A stretch of DNA of 64,000 nt from a bacterium (GCA_037137535.1 JBAXKC010000001.1:64001-128000), one strand, 5' to 3'. Counted from the stretch's first letter, positions 49,272 to 60,323 are shown. Notes: generated by a model from the sequence alone, not told the origin. Made by a program: numbers and translations.

Positions 49272-50609
49272 TTATTTTTTGCTTAAAGCCTTTTTATTGA
49301 TGCAAACAGGTTTTTTTCCGATAGAAATATAATCAAAGCCTCTTTTTAAAAGTCTTTCTGGATCGTATTGATTTCTTCCGTCAAAAATAACAGGCTTATT
49401 CAATAACTCTTTAATTTTTTCAAAATCAGGTCTTCTGAATTCATTCCATTCTGTTGCTAAAATCAAAGCATCCGAGTTTTCAAGTGCATCATAATTACTT
49501 TTAGCATATTCAATAGAATCACCAAAAATAGTTTTTGCTTCTTCCATTGCTTTAGGGTCATAAGCCTTAATTTTTGCTCCTGCAGCTAAAAGACTTTTAA
49601 CTATAGTAATTGCAGGTGCTTCTCTCATATCATTTGTTCTAGGCTTAAATGCAAGTCCCCATAAAGCAAAAGTCATGCCCTTCAAGTCACCTTGATAATA
49701 TTCAAATATTTTATTAATAAAGATTTCTCGTTGATTTTTATTTACGAAATCAACCGCTGAAAGGATTCTAGCCTCTATACCATAAGAGTCGGCAATACTT
49801 CTCAAGGCTTTCACATCTTTAGGAAAACATGATCCTCCGTAGCCAAGCCCTGGGAATAAGAATTGAGAACCTATTCTGCTGTCTGAACTCATTCCTATTC
49901 TTACAAATTCCGCATTTGCTCCGACTTGTTCGCAAAGATTAGCTATTTCATTGGCAAAAGAAATTTTTGTAGCAAGAAAAGAATTTGCCGCATACTTTGA
50001 CATTTCAGCAGATTTTACATCCATTACTATCACGGGATTTCCCGTTCTAAGAAAAGGGCTGTAAATCTCCTGCATAATCTCGGTTGCTTTTTGAGAATTT
50101 GAACCGATAATTACCCTGTCAGGCTTTAAAAAATCATCAATAGCCGCCCCTTGTTTTAAAAACTCAGGATTAGAAACGATATCAAAATCATGATGAGTAT
50201 TATTTCTGATAATTTCCGCAACTTTATCAGCGGTACCGACAGGAACAGTACTTTTATTGACGATAACTTTATAGCCGTTCATTGATTTTGCAATTTGTTC
50301 TGCAACATTGAAAACATAAGTCAAATCAGCAGAACCGTCATCCCCTTGAGGAGTGCCTACCGCAATAATACAAACCGCAGAATTTTTTACGGCTTCATCA
50401 ATATTATCAGTAAAAGACAATCTATTTTCTGCAATATTAACTTTTATAAGTTCATCTAAACCGGGTTCATATATAGGCACTATTCCTTGTCGAAGTGTTT
50501 TTATTTTCTCAAGATTATTATCTACACAAATAATATCGCTTCCCATTTCGGCAAGACAGGTGCCTGCGACTAAACCGACATAACCTGTGCCTATAACGCT
50601 AATTTTCAT
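49272..50609 (-). CDS. ugd: UDP-glucose 6-dehydrogenase
   Basis: [28 protein letters not shown] and GLAFKP motifs. Confidence 0.96.
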   Translation of the reverse strand: MKISVIGTGYVGLVAGTCLAEMGSDIICVDNNLEKIKTLRQGIVPIYEPGLDELIKVNIAENRLSFTDNIDEAVKNSAVCIIAVGTPQGDDGSADLTYVFNVAEQIAKSMNGYKVIVNKSTVPVGTADKVAEIIRNNTHHDFDIVSNPEFLKQGAAIDDFLKPDRVIIGSNSQKATEIMQEIYSPFLRTGNPVIVMDVKSAEMSKYAANSFLATKISFANEIANLCEQVGANAEFVRIGMSSDSRIGSQFLFPGLGYGGSCFPKDVKALRSIADSYGIEARILSAVDFVNKNQREIFINKIFEYYQGDLKGMTFALWGLAFKPRTNDMREAPAITIVKSLLAAGAKIKAYDPKAMEEAKTIFGDSIEYAKSNYDALENSDALILATEWNEFRRPDFEKIKELLNKPVIFDGRNQYDPERLLKRGFDYISIGKKPVCINKKALSKK

Positions 50610-51553
50610 TTATTTGTCTCCCCAAGTTTTTTATCAAAATACTCTATTGTTTTTTTCAGTCCATCTTCTAATAAAACAGACGCTTCCCATCCTAATTTAC
50701 TCTTAGCAACTGAAATATCGGGTTTTCTTCTAACAGGATCATCCTGAGGTAATTCTTTATATATAATTTTTGAACTGCTTCCAGTTAATTTAATTATTCT
50801 TTCAGCAAACTCAACTATTTGTGTTTCTACCTGATTTCCTAAATTCACAGGTCCTAAAAATTCTTTTTCAGAATTCATCATTTTCACAATACCGCTGACC
50901 AAGTCAGAAACATAGCAGAACGACCTTGTCTGTGAACCGTCTCCATATACTGTAATGTCCTGATTTCTAAGAGCCTGAACTATAAAATTACTTACAACTC
51001 TACCGTCATTTTCAGCCATTCTGGGGCCATAAGTATTAAATATTCTTATGATTTTAGCTTCCACTCCATATTGACGGTTATAATCCATCATTAAAGTTTC
51101 AGCCGCACGTTTTCCTTCATCATAACAACTTCTGATACCGATAGGATTAACATTTCCCCAATAACTTTCCCTTTGAGGATGTTCTTTTGGATCGCCGTAA
51201 ACTTCTGAAGTTGATGCCTGTAAAATCCTTGCATTATTAGCTTTTGCAAGCTCTAACATATTAATGATACCAATTACACTGGTTTTCATTGTTTTTATAG
51301 GATCATATTGATAATGAACAGGCGAAGCCGGACAAGCCATGTTATAAATCTGATCAACTTCTAATGAAATAGAATCAATAACATCATGATTAATAAGCTC
51401 AAAATTCTTATGCTCCAGTAATTGAACCACGTTATCTTTAGAGCCTGTAAAAAAGTTATCTAAGCAGATTACATGATTTCCTTCACTTAAAAGTTTTTCG
51501 CAAAGATGAGAACCAATAAAACCTGCACCACCTGTTATTAAAATTCTATTCAT
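50606..51553 (-). CDS. UDP-glucuronate decarboxylase (UDP-xylose synthase)
   Basis: [45 protein letters not shown] and DDPVRRKPD motifs. Confidence 0.93.
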   Translation of the reverse strand: MNRILITGGAGFIGSHLCEKLLSEGNHVICLDNFFTGSKDNVVQLLEHKNFELINHDVIDSISLEVDQIYNMACPASPVHYQYDPIKTMKTSVIGIINMLELAKANNARILQASTSEVYGDPKEHPQRESYWGNVNPIGIRSCYDEGKRAAETLMMDYNRQYGVEAKIIRIFNTYGPRMAENDGRVVSNFIVQALRNQDITVYGDGSQTRSFCYVSDLVSGIVKMMNSEKEFLGPVNLGNQVETQIVEFAERIIKLTGSSSKIIYKELPQDDPVRRKPDISVAKSKLGWEASVLLEDGLKKTIEYFDKKLGETNK

Positions 51554-51635
51554 TATATTTAATCCTAAAAAATTATATCTGTTTATTGCATTATATCAAT
51601 TTGAATAACTTTATAGGTCATCAACAAACATTATT

Positions 51636-52607
51636 TTAATAATGCCTATTTTGTTCCCAATCCCATGCAGTCTTAACAATTTTTTCAATGCAATCATATT
51701 TTGGAGTCCAGCCAAGTTCTTTTATTGCTTTGTCATTTTTTGCAACTAACTCGTGCGGATCACCAAAACGTCTTTCTGCCATTTCTGTTTTTATTGTTTT
51801 CTGAGTAATTTTCTCTACTACCTTTATAACTTGATTGACAGAATACCCGTTACCTATACCAAGATTTATAGAATCAGAATCAGAGCCTGCTATAAGTTTT
51901 TCTAATGCGAGCTTATGAGCAATCGCAATATCATTAACATGGATATAATCTCGAACACATGTGCCATCATGTGTATCATAATCATTTCCAAAAATTTTAA
52001 GACTATCTGCTTGCCCTGAAGCAACTTGAAGAATTAATGGAATAAGATGAGTTTCGGGATAATGACTTTCGCCGATTTTAGCTTCTTCATCTGCTCCTGA
52101 TGCATTAAAATATCTTAAAGCCATGTATTTTAGCCCATAAGCCTTATCATAATCCTTAAGTATATTTTCAATCATCAGCTTTGTTCGACCGTAAACGTTT
52201 ATAGGGTCTTGAGGATGATCTTCATCAATTGGCGAATATAAAGGGGTTCCATAAGTTGCACAGGTAGAGGAGAAAACAATTCTCTTAACTTTTGCCTCAA
52301 TCATTGCATCTAAAAGATTTAACGTGCTTACTACATTATTATTATAATATTTCTGAGGATTTGTTTCTGACTCTCCAACATAACAACTTGCCGCAAAATG
52401 AATCACGGAATCAATTTTATATCTTTTAAAGATTAATTTTGCCTCATGTGCTTTGGATAAATCCGCAAGATGAAACTTATTCCCCATTATTGATTGGATA
52501 TTGCCATTTGACAAGTTGTCCACAACCAGAACATTGTAGCCAGCCCTTCTTAATTCAAGAGCACAATGACTTCCAATATAGCCTGCACCGCCGGTAATTA
52601 AAATCAT
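51636..52607 (-). CDS. galE: UDP-glucose 4-epimerase
   Basis: GGAGYIGSH, HFAA..VGES, YGRTK, LRYFN and DGTCVRDYIHV motifs. Confidence 0.95.
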   Translation of the reverse strand: MILITGGAGYIGSHCALELRRAGYNVLVVDNLSNGNIQSIMGNKFHLADLSKAHEAKLIFKRYKIDSVIHFAASCYVGESETNPQKYYNNNVVSTLNLLDAMIEAKVKRIVFSSTCATYGTPLYSPIDEDHPQDPINVYGRTKLMIENILKDYDKAYGLKYMALRYFNASGADEEAKIGESHYPETHLIPLILQVASGQADSLKIFGNDYDTHDGTCVRDYIHVNDIAIAHKLALEKLIAGSDSDSINLGIGNGYSVNQVIKVVEKITQKTIKTEMAERRFGDPHELVAKNDKAIKELGWTPKYDCIEKIVKTAWDWEQNRHY

Positions 52608-52758
52608 TTACTATCTCCATCCCGTTTATTAACTTTTTATTATAAAATTAAATAGTGATACCTAACTTTAAAATACCTATATATGATTTTATAAATACTA
52701 AATTCTTCATATAGCAGATTGGCTATATCTGGCAAGGCAGTTGAAAGGGCTATTAATT

Positions 52759-54846
52759 ATGACTTTTAGAAATAATTACAAACATTTACTTGAAAAAACA
52801 GGCGGACTTTTAGAAGTTGAGACAAAAATACCGATAAATGACAGCTTTGCATTAAGCCTTGTTTATACTCCGGGAGTCGGAAAATGCTGTCTTGATATAG
52901 AAAAAGATATTAATAAATCTTTTGAACTTACAAATAGGGGTAATTCAGTTGCCGTTATTTTTATTGAAAGTGATAAAAATAAACACATCGAAGCAAACCT
53001 GCCAAGATTAGAGCTTAAAGTTTTATTATATAAAGACATAGCTAAAGTTGATGCCTATCCGCTATTAGTTAAAAATGACGATATAAATAAATTATTAACC
53101 ACCATTAAAAGTATCGAGCCTTCTTTTTCCTGCATTGAAATAATTGCGGATAAAGAAATTACTGATTTACTGGAAAAAGAATTAGATAAAACGAATAAAA
53201 TCCCTGTTTTATACAGTTATCAGTCAGAAGAAATCGCTAAAACAGTAAAAGAATGTTCAGGCTTTGAAAATAATGATCAAGAAATAATAAATGCAGCTCT
53301 AATAAAAGCATTAATAAACTTAAAACCTCAAAATTATAAATATACTGACAACAATCAAATTAAAGAGTATTGTCAAAACGTTTTAAACGGGGAAATAAAA
53401 CCGAATAATCTCCTTTTAAGCCATTCATTAAAACTCTTCAGTGCCTTTTACGAATACTTTTTACATAAAATCACAGAAAACTTCAAATCAGAACCTACTC
53501 AAAAAATCAATAAATTAACAGCAGAATATGAAGATAGCTTATTTTTAAAACCAAATGCTTTATTTAAACAAACCAATAAAAATTACAAAATAGAAAAACA
53601 CTCTATCGAGGAAAACTCAATAGAATTGCATAAAAGAGCAAAAGGAGTAATAACCGTAGCTCCTAAAGTAGATTTAAACATGTCCGAAAACTATAAAACA
53701 CTTCTAAGTGCCGACTTCACAGAAAATATTGCCTCAGAAATAAATACTTTTCCTGAAAAGGTTTATGACTACACTTCAAAAAACAATCTTGTATTAATTA
53801 TAAGTGACGGTTCAGCTGTTTTAGGCTTTGGAAATATAGGAGCAGAAGCATCTATTCCCGTACTAGAGGGGAAATCAGCTTTATTAAAGAAACTGGGTGG
53901 AGTCAATGCTTTACCAATTGCATTAAACACTCAAAACCCGAATGAAATAGTCGATATAGTATGCAGTCTTTCACCGTCATTTGGAGGAATACACCTTGAA
54001 GACATTTCAGCTCCAAGATGTTTTGAAATAGAAAACAGAATAATGGAAAAACTTGACATGCCTGTATTCCATGACGACCAACATGGAACAGCGATAATTG
54101 TTTTAGCAGGTGTTATAAATGCTCTAAAAGTAGCGGGTAAAGACATCAAAGACATTAAAATCGTAATGACTGGAGCAGGAGCAGCCGCTCTTTCAGTGGC
54201 AGAACTGCTTATCCATAACGGTGCAAGAAATATAACCTTAAACGACATCTACGGACCAGTCTACAAAGGCAGAGCAAAAGGAATGAATCCTTATCTTGAT
54301 GCAATAGCCGAAAAGACAAATCCTGATAATTTAAAAGGTTCGTTAAAAGAAGTCATAAGAGGTGCTGACTTATTTATAGGCCTATCCGCAGCAAATATCC
54401 TCACAGCGGAAATGGTTAAATCAATGAATAATCGCTCTTGCGTATTTGCGCTTGCAAATCCGACACCTGAAATAATGCCTGAAATTGCAAAAGAAGCAGG
54501 GGCTTATATTGTCGCAACAGGAAGATCAGATTTCCATAACCAGATAAACAACTCTCTTGCTTTCCCGGGTGTCTTTAGAGGTGCGTTAGATGTTCGTGCA
54601 AAATGTATAAACAAAGAAATGAAATCAAACGCAGCAAAAGCTATTGCAAGTTTAATTCCAGATGAAAAATTAAGACCTGATTTAATAATTCCAAATGCTT
54701 TAGATTTAAGAGTTGCTCCCGCCGTTGCTAAAGCAATTGCAGAATCAGCAATAAAAACTAAAGTAGCATCCGTAATTAAAGAGCCTGATGATATTTATGA
54801 GAAACTTAAAAACTATTATTTTGAAGGTTCTTTAAGAAAAATTTAA
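52759..54846 (+). CDS. NAD(P)-dependent malic enzyme with duplicated, degenerate N-terminal malic-enzyme module
   Basis: C-terminal copy: SDGSAVLGFGNIG, EGK, LEDISAP, HDDQHGTA, GAGAAA, ALANP, NQINN. N-terminal copy: LSLVYTPGV. Likely start ATG 52759. Confidence 0.9.
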   Translation: MTFRNNYKHLLEKTGGLLEVETKIPINDSFALSLVYTPGVGKCCLDIEKDINKSFELTNRGNSVAVIFIESDKNKHIEANLPRLELKVLLYKDIAKVDAYPLLVKNDDINKLLTTIKSIEPSFSCIEIIADKEITDLLEKELDKTNKIPVLYSYQSEEIAKTVKECSGFENNDQEIINAALIKALINLKPQNYKYTDNNQIKEYCQNVLNGEIKPNNLLLSHSLKLFSAFYEYFLHKITENFKSEPTQKINKLTAEYEDSLFLKPNALFKQTNKNYKIEKHSIEENSIELHKRAKGVITVAPKVDLNMSENYKTLLSADFTENIASEINTFPEKVYDYTSKNNLVLIISDGSAVLGFGNIGAEASIPVLEGKSALLKKLGGVNALPIALNTQNPNEIVDIVCSLSPSFGGIHLEDISAPRCFEIENRIMEKLDMPVFHDDQHGTAIIVLAGVINALKVAGKDIKDIKIVMTGAGAAALSVAELLIHNGARNITLNDIYGPVYKGRAKGMNPYLDAIAEKTNPDNLKGSLKEVIRGADLFIGLSAANILTAEMVKSMNNRSCVFALANPTPEIMPEIAKEAGAYIVATGRSDFHNQINNSLAFPGVFRGALDVRAKCINKEMKSNAAKAIASLIPDEKLRPDLIIPNALDLRVAPAVAKAIAESAIKTKVASVIKEPDDIYEKLKNYYFEGSLRKI

Positions 54847-55036
54847 ATATTTTTATAATCAATAAACCACACCTAATTTGTATTGATTATAAATTAACTT
54901 GACATTAAAGCTTTCTTGTTTAAATATAAGTAAGAATTACTTTTTTGTAACTTTTAGTAAAAATTATCTACACTTATAGTTGTAGATGATATAATCTAAC
55001 CATTCAACTATTAAAATTGTTTACCGGGAGAACATA

Positions 55037-56185
55037 ATGACTAATTCCACAGTAGAAAGACCCTCAGAGATTATTGAAACAGCTTGTCCTTTAAGTATTG
55101 AAGCAAATGATAATAATAAATCCAGAAATGATTTTGGAATGTCCAGAATTCATTACTTCAATCACCTTATGGGTGGTTTGAAATCAGTTTTACACAGCAG
55201 ATTTTTAGCAAAAACCCCAAGACCTTTTACTTTTTCACACATGGTAACAAGCAAATGCAATTGTAATTGTGATTTCTGCTTCTGGAAGCATCACAAAGAT
55301 AATGAAGACTTATCACTTGAAGAAATTAAAAGAATTTATTCCGAAGCAAAAGCTGAAGGATACATGAACAGCATCTTATGGGGAGGAGAGCCACTTATAA
55401 GACAAGATCTTACCGAAATTGCAAAAGCGTCTTTAGACAATGGAATGTACACTAAAGTTGCGACAAACGGTTGGTTCCTGGAAGAAAACCATGAATTTGC
55501 AAGATATACAGATTTAATCTTTATTTCCCTTGATGATATCGGCGAAAAACACGATGCATTAAGAGGAAATATGAAAGGTCTATTTGATAGAGTTGTTAGC
55601 GGTATCAACTTTATGAAAATGAACTATCCTAAAATGAGAATTTATGTATGTTGCACAGTTTCTAAAGCAAATACACTTGAATCAATCAAAGAAGTTGCAA
55701 AATTATGTAAAGACCTTGATATTTTACTTTACTTCACAGTAAATAAAAGCAATCAGGACTTTAATGAATGGGAAGGCAAAGACGGACTTAAAGAACTTGA
55801 ATATGAATCAGATAAACTTGCTGATATTTTCAGAGGAATTAAAAGTCTTAAAAAACAAGGTTTCCCAATTAGAAACTCTGATTACTTCATGGATTACATT
55901 ATTGATAAGAAAAACTACTATGAGTGCCATTGGCCACAAGTAGCTACAGTTATGTATTCAAACGGTGATATTCTTAAATGTTATGACAGAAAACCAATCG
56001 AAGGCATTAATTTAAGAAAGATGTCACTTAAAGAAGCATTATCCTCACAACAGTTTATTGAAACAGCTAATGCTTGCAAAGACTGCAAACTTGCTTGCGT
56101 AGGAAATTATGCTCTTGATGCTTCAGGCTTATGGAAATTTGACTGGAAAGCTATTAGTTCAATCGCTAAGATTGCTATTACCTAA
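55037..56185 (+). CDS. Radical SAM protein with C-terminal auxiliary Cys cluster (twitch/SPASM-like)
   Basis: CNCNCDFC, GGEPL, TNG, ISLD; C-terminal C...GDILKC...CKDC...C. Confidence 0.88.
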   Translation: MTNSTVERPSEIIETACPLSIEANDNNKSRNDFGMSRIHYFNHLMGGLKSVLHSRFLAKTPRPFTFSHMVTSKCNCNCDFCFWKHHKDNEDLSLEEIKRIYSEAKAEGYMNSILWGGEPLIRQDLTEIAKASLDNGMYTKVATNGWFLEENHEFARYTDLIFISLDDIGEKHDALRGNMKGLFDRVVSGINFMKMNYPKMRIYVCCTVSKANTLESIKEVAKLCKDLDILLYFTVNKSNQDFNEWEGKDGLKELEYESDKLADIFRGIKSLKKQGFPIRNSDYFMDYIIDKKNYYECHWPQVATVMYSNGDILKCYDRKPIEGINLRKMSLKEALSSQQFIETANACKDCKLACVGNYALDASGLWKFDWKAISSIAKIAIT

Positions 56186-56198
56186 TTAAACTACTTAT

Positions 56199-56231
56199 AA
56201 AAACTCCTTGAATGTCTTCAAGGAGTTTTTT
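56199..56231 (+). terminator. Intrinsic terminator
   Basis: AAAACTCCTTGAA-TGTC-TTCAAGGAGTTTTT. Confidence 0.8.
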
Positions 56232-56301
56232 AGTTATAGAGAATAAAATAAAATGAGCTTAATTTAATAAGCTCATTTTTATATTTATACTGAGTTTAAT
56301 T

Positions 56302-57045
56302 TTATCTTCCAACAGTAATAGGCTGTTCAAGTACAATATTTAACTTTGTTCCGCTTGGTAAGCTTACATCTTTGCCTTTTCTGGCAAATATATAAACTAA
56401 TGAACCAATACCACCCATTGTTAATCCAAATACAGCACCGCCACTAGCACTACCCATTAAACTACCTGTGGTTAAACCTGCTAATGTTCCGCCACCCGTT
56501 CCAATAACCGCAGAACCTGCTGCTGTTGCAAGTTGGCGCTTAACTGATCCACCTTTTAATCTCCCAGATGCGTTTTTGTCTGTTGTCTGTAATTTAGCGT
56601 AAATAGGCATTTTTTGACCATTTGGTAGAATTACTGAAGTAAACCTTACATCCATAACGCCATATTTACCAATTCTTCCGGCAGGATCAACATATGTAAT
56701 TTGTCCCACAAGCTGGCTGTTTTCAGGAATAACTGTATTGCCATTCAACATTACAGGTGCATTTGTATAAGCTGTAAACACCTCACCCATTTGGCTTGTA
56801 GCCGAATTCAAACTTGAAGTCATAACTACTGGAAAAAATGTTCCTGAAGGCACTGCTGATACTGATCCTTGTAATGTAGTTGCAGGAGCAGTATATTGTG
56901 GTGCAGTATTAACTGAGTTATTAAATGAAGAAACCGGAGGAAGCACTTTATACTCATCAGCAAAGGCCTGAGCAATAAAGGCAGTATTAGATGAAATTAT
57001 TGTTGATAAAAGAAATGTCGCTGTAATTTTTTTAAAATTTCTCAA
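56302..57045 (-). CDS. Exported protein, TrbI/VirB10-like beta domain with glycine zipper
   Basis: Signal peptide; VPSGT, VIPENSQLVG, Gly-rich hairpin, KGKDVSLPSGT. Confidence 0.65.
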   Translation of the reverse strand: MRNFKKITATFLLSTIISSNTAFIAQAFADEYKVLPPVSSFNNSVNTAPQYTAPATTLQGSVSAVPSGTFFPVVMTSSLNSATSQMGEVFTAYTNAPVMLNGNTVIPENSQLVGQITYVDPAGRIGKYGVMDVRFTSVILPNGQKMPIYAKLQTTDKNASGRLKGGSVKRQLATAAGSAVIGTGGGTLAGLTTGSLMGSASGGAVFGLTMGGIGSLVYIFARKGKDVSLPSGTKLNIVLEQPITVGR

Positions 57046-57283
57046 GGTGTTCCCCTTTCGTTTATGCTTTTAAGTCTAGTAATTTATTTATAAATATTCT
57101 TTCTTATTTTGAAGAAATTGTAAATCAAGCAAAAAATTGATATTAAATAAAAGCAATTAATTTTTTCTTTATTTTTATATAATTATAATATTTAGCATAA
57201 AGAACAATATGGAATGAAACACTGTAGTTTTAACTCTTCCATTCAATCCTACTAATTCAAAATATTATATTAAATGGTGAAAA

Positions 57284-58063
57284 ATGAATAATATTAAACC
57301 TTATATTTCTTTTACTTCAAATATAAAGTTTTGTACTTTATACGACTATATTGATGCACCAATTACTCGATCAAAGCAATATGTATCACCTGTGGGCAAA
57401 ATCGAGCATACAGTAATTGGAAAAGAAGCATATACCGATTCAATAGAAATCTGTACGGCAGGTGGAGTTACAAATACTGAAAACTCAAAAATGATGATGT
57501 TTCACCTTTGCCCCACCGACAAAAACCTTTCTAAAATAGAGGAAATAAAACAATATCTAAGTGAAAAAATAAAAGAAGTATCTCCCGACTGTAAAAATGG
57601 AATTATTGTCGGGGGACGAACTTCTTCAGAAATAAAACAAACGACTGAAGAACCTCAAAAAACAATGCCTAAACCTTCGTTATTCAGAAAAATCATCAGC
57701 ATAGTTTTTGCTGACTTAGAAGAGGCTAATAATAACCATATTGAAATAAAAGAAAAACCTTTACCTACTAAAACAAGCAGTGAAGCATCTAAAGAATTAT
57801 TTGAACATTTAAAAAGTTTTTTTACTAAAGATAAAAAAATTGATATATCTGTATTTTGGGGGCAAAAACAGGGCTATTCGGACATGTATTATAATGTAGA
57901 AGATGATACATGGAAAATATTCAAACCTAATAACAGCGGACAAAATGCCATTAAGTCAGTAGAAGATTTAAAACGTGAATATCAAGAAATTCATCTTGCT
58001 GAAAGTGACAAATTATATATTGAAAATAAAGAAATAAGCAGAGAAGATTTAAAATCGGATTAA
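57284..58063 (+). CDS. Hypothetical protein, possible CheD/CNF1/YfiH-like Cys-His enzyme
   Basis: TDSIEICTAGGV...MMMFHLCP...GIIVGG pattern. Confidence 0.55.
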   Translation: MNNIKPYISFTSNIKFCTLYDYIDAPITRSKQYVSPVGKIEHTVIGKEAYTDSIEICTAGGVTNTENSKMMMFHLCPTDKNLSKIEEIKQYLSEKIKEVSPDCKNGIIVGGRTSSEIKQTTEEPQKTMPKPSLFRKIISIVFADLEEANNNHIEIKEKPLPTKTSSEASKELFEHLKSFFTKDKKIDISVFWGQKQGYSDMYYNVEDDTWKIFKPNNSGQNAIKSVEDLKREYQEIHLAESDKLYIENKEISREDLKSD

Positions 58064-58184
58064 TACAAGACTGTTTCTTTAGCTGAAAAAATTTAGTATA
58101 ATAAGTTTATTCTAAGTATTAAAATTTATCTTTTTGCAAATTTAAAAAAATAAATAAAATTAGTCTTTTATCAGGAAGATTAAA

Positions 58185-60323
58185 GTGAAAAAACACAAGT
58201 TAAAAGTGAATATAAGCACGAGATTATTGGCATATTTCCTTTTTGTGTCAATATTACCTATTTTTTTCCTTGCGATAACTTCGGCTATATTAATTGATTC
58301 AAGTTTAAATGAAAAATTAACCAGAGATTTAAATGCAAAAAGTGAATATTTTTTAAAAAGATATAATCAAAGTCTTATTGATATACCTGTAAATAAGTTA
58401 AAAACACTTTTCAGCGACAATAAAACAAGAAATAAATTTGATTTCGTTGTTATTTTAGATAAAAATAACCATTTATTATATAAATATATTAAAAACCAAG
58501 AAAATATACGAAGAAATATAAAAACACTTAAAATAAAACAAAATACTAATCTTGCTGATTTAGAATTAAAATCACAAAAAAACAAATTTTCTTCGGCGAT
58601 ACTCAATAACTACGACATAAATAGTTTACAGCTAATAAAAAACACAAATTTAAACAAAAATAGTTATTTATTTATCAATTATTCAGTTAAAAAGTTCAAG
58701 ATTAATAATAAAGAGCGCTATTTAATTTTAGGAAAATTACCCGAAAATGATTTACTTAATAACGAATCTTCAGAAAAAGAAATTATAGGATTAATTGAAA
58801 AGAATGGGGAAATTTTATACTCTAATCTCCCCATTAACGATTTTAGCCAAAATATATCTCATTTTTTTGAAGTTTCAAATATAAAAATAAATAATAATAC
58901 TTATGCCTCAATTGCTATACCGTTATTAGATTATAACGACACTGCAATTGCAAAGCTGATTATTGCAACACCCAGCTTTAATTTTGATGAAATAAAACAG
59001 AAAAACAGAATATTAATACTAAAAATAGCGTTATTAATGACTCTTGGAGGTGTAAGCCTTGCTTATATCCTTGCAAGAAGCATTACTGCACCTATTACAA
59101 AAATATCAAATGCTGTTTATGATTTAGAAAGCGGAAATTATTCCTCAAGGGTAAATATTCGCACAAATGATGAGCTTGGATTACTCGCAAGCTCATTTAA
59201 CGGAATGGCAGAGGTTTTAGAGGAAAGAACAGAAAAAATCATGGCCTTCAATGAGCTTCTGATTAATCAAAATAACAAAATAGAAGCGATTCTAAACAGT
59301 TCCGCAGACGGTATTTTAACAATAAATTCAAACGGGAAAATCAACGCCACAAATGCTAAAATAATAGAATGGTCAGGATTGGACGAAACAGAATTAATTA
59401 ATAAAATCTTTTATGAAGTAATAAATTACAATGATTCAAGAAATTATCCTGTTGAATATGCCTCACAAGTAAAAGACTTTAAAAACTTTGTAACCCCATT
59501 CCCTAATGCATGCCTGCATAACGTAAATACAGGGAAAATTATTAATTTAGACATAACTTATTCAGAAATAAAAAGCGAAAATACCCACTTTGAGAAAAAC
59601 TACGTTCTTGTTTTAAGAGATATCACCAAAAAGAAAGAATTTGAAACACTCAAAGAAGATTTTGTGGCAACACTTACGCATGATCTAAGAGTACCTGTGC
59701 TTGCTAATGTTCAGACTTTTGAGCATTTAATGAAAGGCTGTTATGGAGAACTTTCAGAAAAACAAAACTTCATTTTTGAACAATTGACTTCAAGTAACAA
59801 AGATTTATTAAAAATGGTTAATGTTATTTTAGACAGCTATAAATATGAAGCAGGAAAATATTCCCTCTTAAAAAGAAATTTCAATCTTAATAAGTTAATT
59901 AAGGAATGTACAAACGAAATTTCCGCCCTTGCCAGAGAAAAAAAACATACTTTAATTTTTAATAACGAACTGATAGAGCTTTCAGTAAATGCTGATAAGC
60001 ACGAAATTAAACGTGTTATATTAAATCTTCTTAGTAATGCGATTAACTACACCCCACATGAGGGAACGATAAAAATAACAGCAGAAAAAAACAGCCACAA
60101 TATTATTGTAAGCATCGAAGATAATGGAATAGGAATAAACCAGAGCTCTTTAGAAAATCTGTTTGAAAGATACTCAAAAGGAGGGAAAACCCTTAGAAAA
60201 GTAGGAACAGGACTTGGTTTATATTTATCAAAACAGATAATAGATGCTCATAAAGGTAAAATATGGGTAGAAAGCACTAAAGACTTAGGCAGTACCTTTC
60301 ATTTCAGCATACCTCTTGATTAA
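58185..60323 (+). CDS. Membrane sensor histidine kinase (HAMP, PAS, HisKA, HATPase)
   Basis: Two TMs, DELGLLASSFNGMA, ILNSSADGI, THDLRVP, NLLSNAINY and GTGLGL motifs. Confidence 0.93.
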   Translation: MKKHKLKVNISTRLLAYFLFVSILPIFFLAITSAILIDSSLNEKLTRDLNAKSEYFLKRYNQSLIDIPVNKLKTLFSDNKTRNKFDFVVILDKNNHLLYKYIKNQENIRRNIKTLKIKQNTNLADLELKSQKNKFSSAILNNYDINSLQLIKNTNLNKNSYLFINYSVKKFKINNKERYLILGKLPENDLLNNESSEKEIIGLIEKNGEILYSNLPINDFSQNISHFFEVSNIKINNNTYASIAIPLLDYNDTAIAKLIIATPSFNFDEIKQKNRILILKIALLMTLGGVSLAYILARSITAPITKISNAVYDLESGNYSSRVNIRTNDELGLLASSFNGMAEVLEERTEKIMAFNELLINQNNKIEAILNSSADGILTINSNGKINATNAKIIEWSGLDETELINKIFYEVINYNDSRNYPVEYASQVKDFKNFVTPFPNACLHNVNTGKIINLDITYSEIKSENTHFEKNYVLVLRDITKKKEFETLKEDFVATLTHDLRVPVLANVQTFEHLMKGCYGELSEKQNFIFEQLTSSNKDLLKMVNVILDSYKYEAGKYSLLKRNFNLNKLIKECTNEISALAREKKHTLIFNNELIELSVNADKHEIKRVILNLLSNAINYTPHEGTIKITAEKNSHNIIVSIEDNGIGINQSSLENLFERYSKGGKTLRKVGTGLGLYLSKQIIDAHKGKIWVESTKDLGSTFHFSIPLD

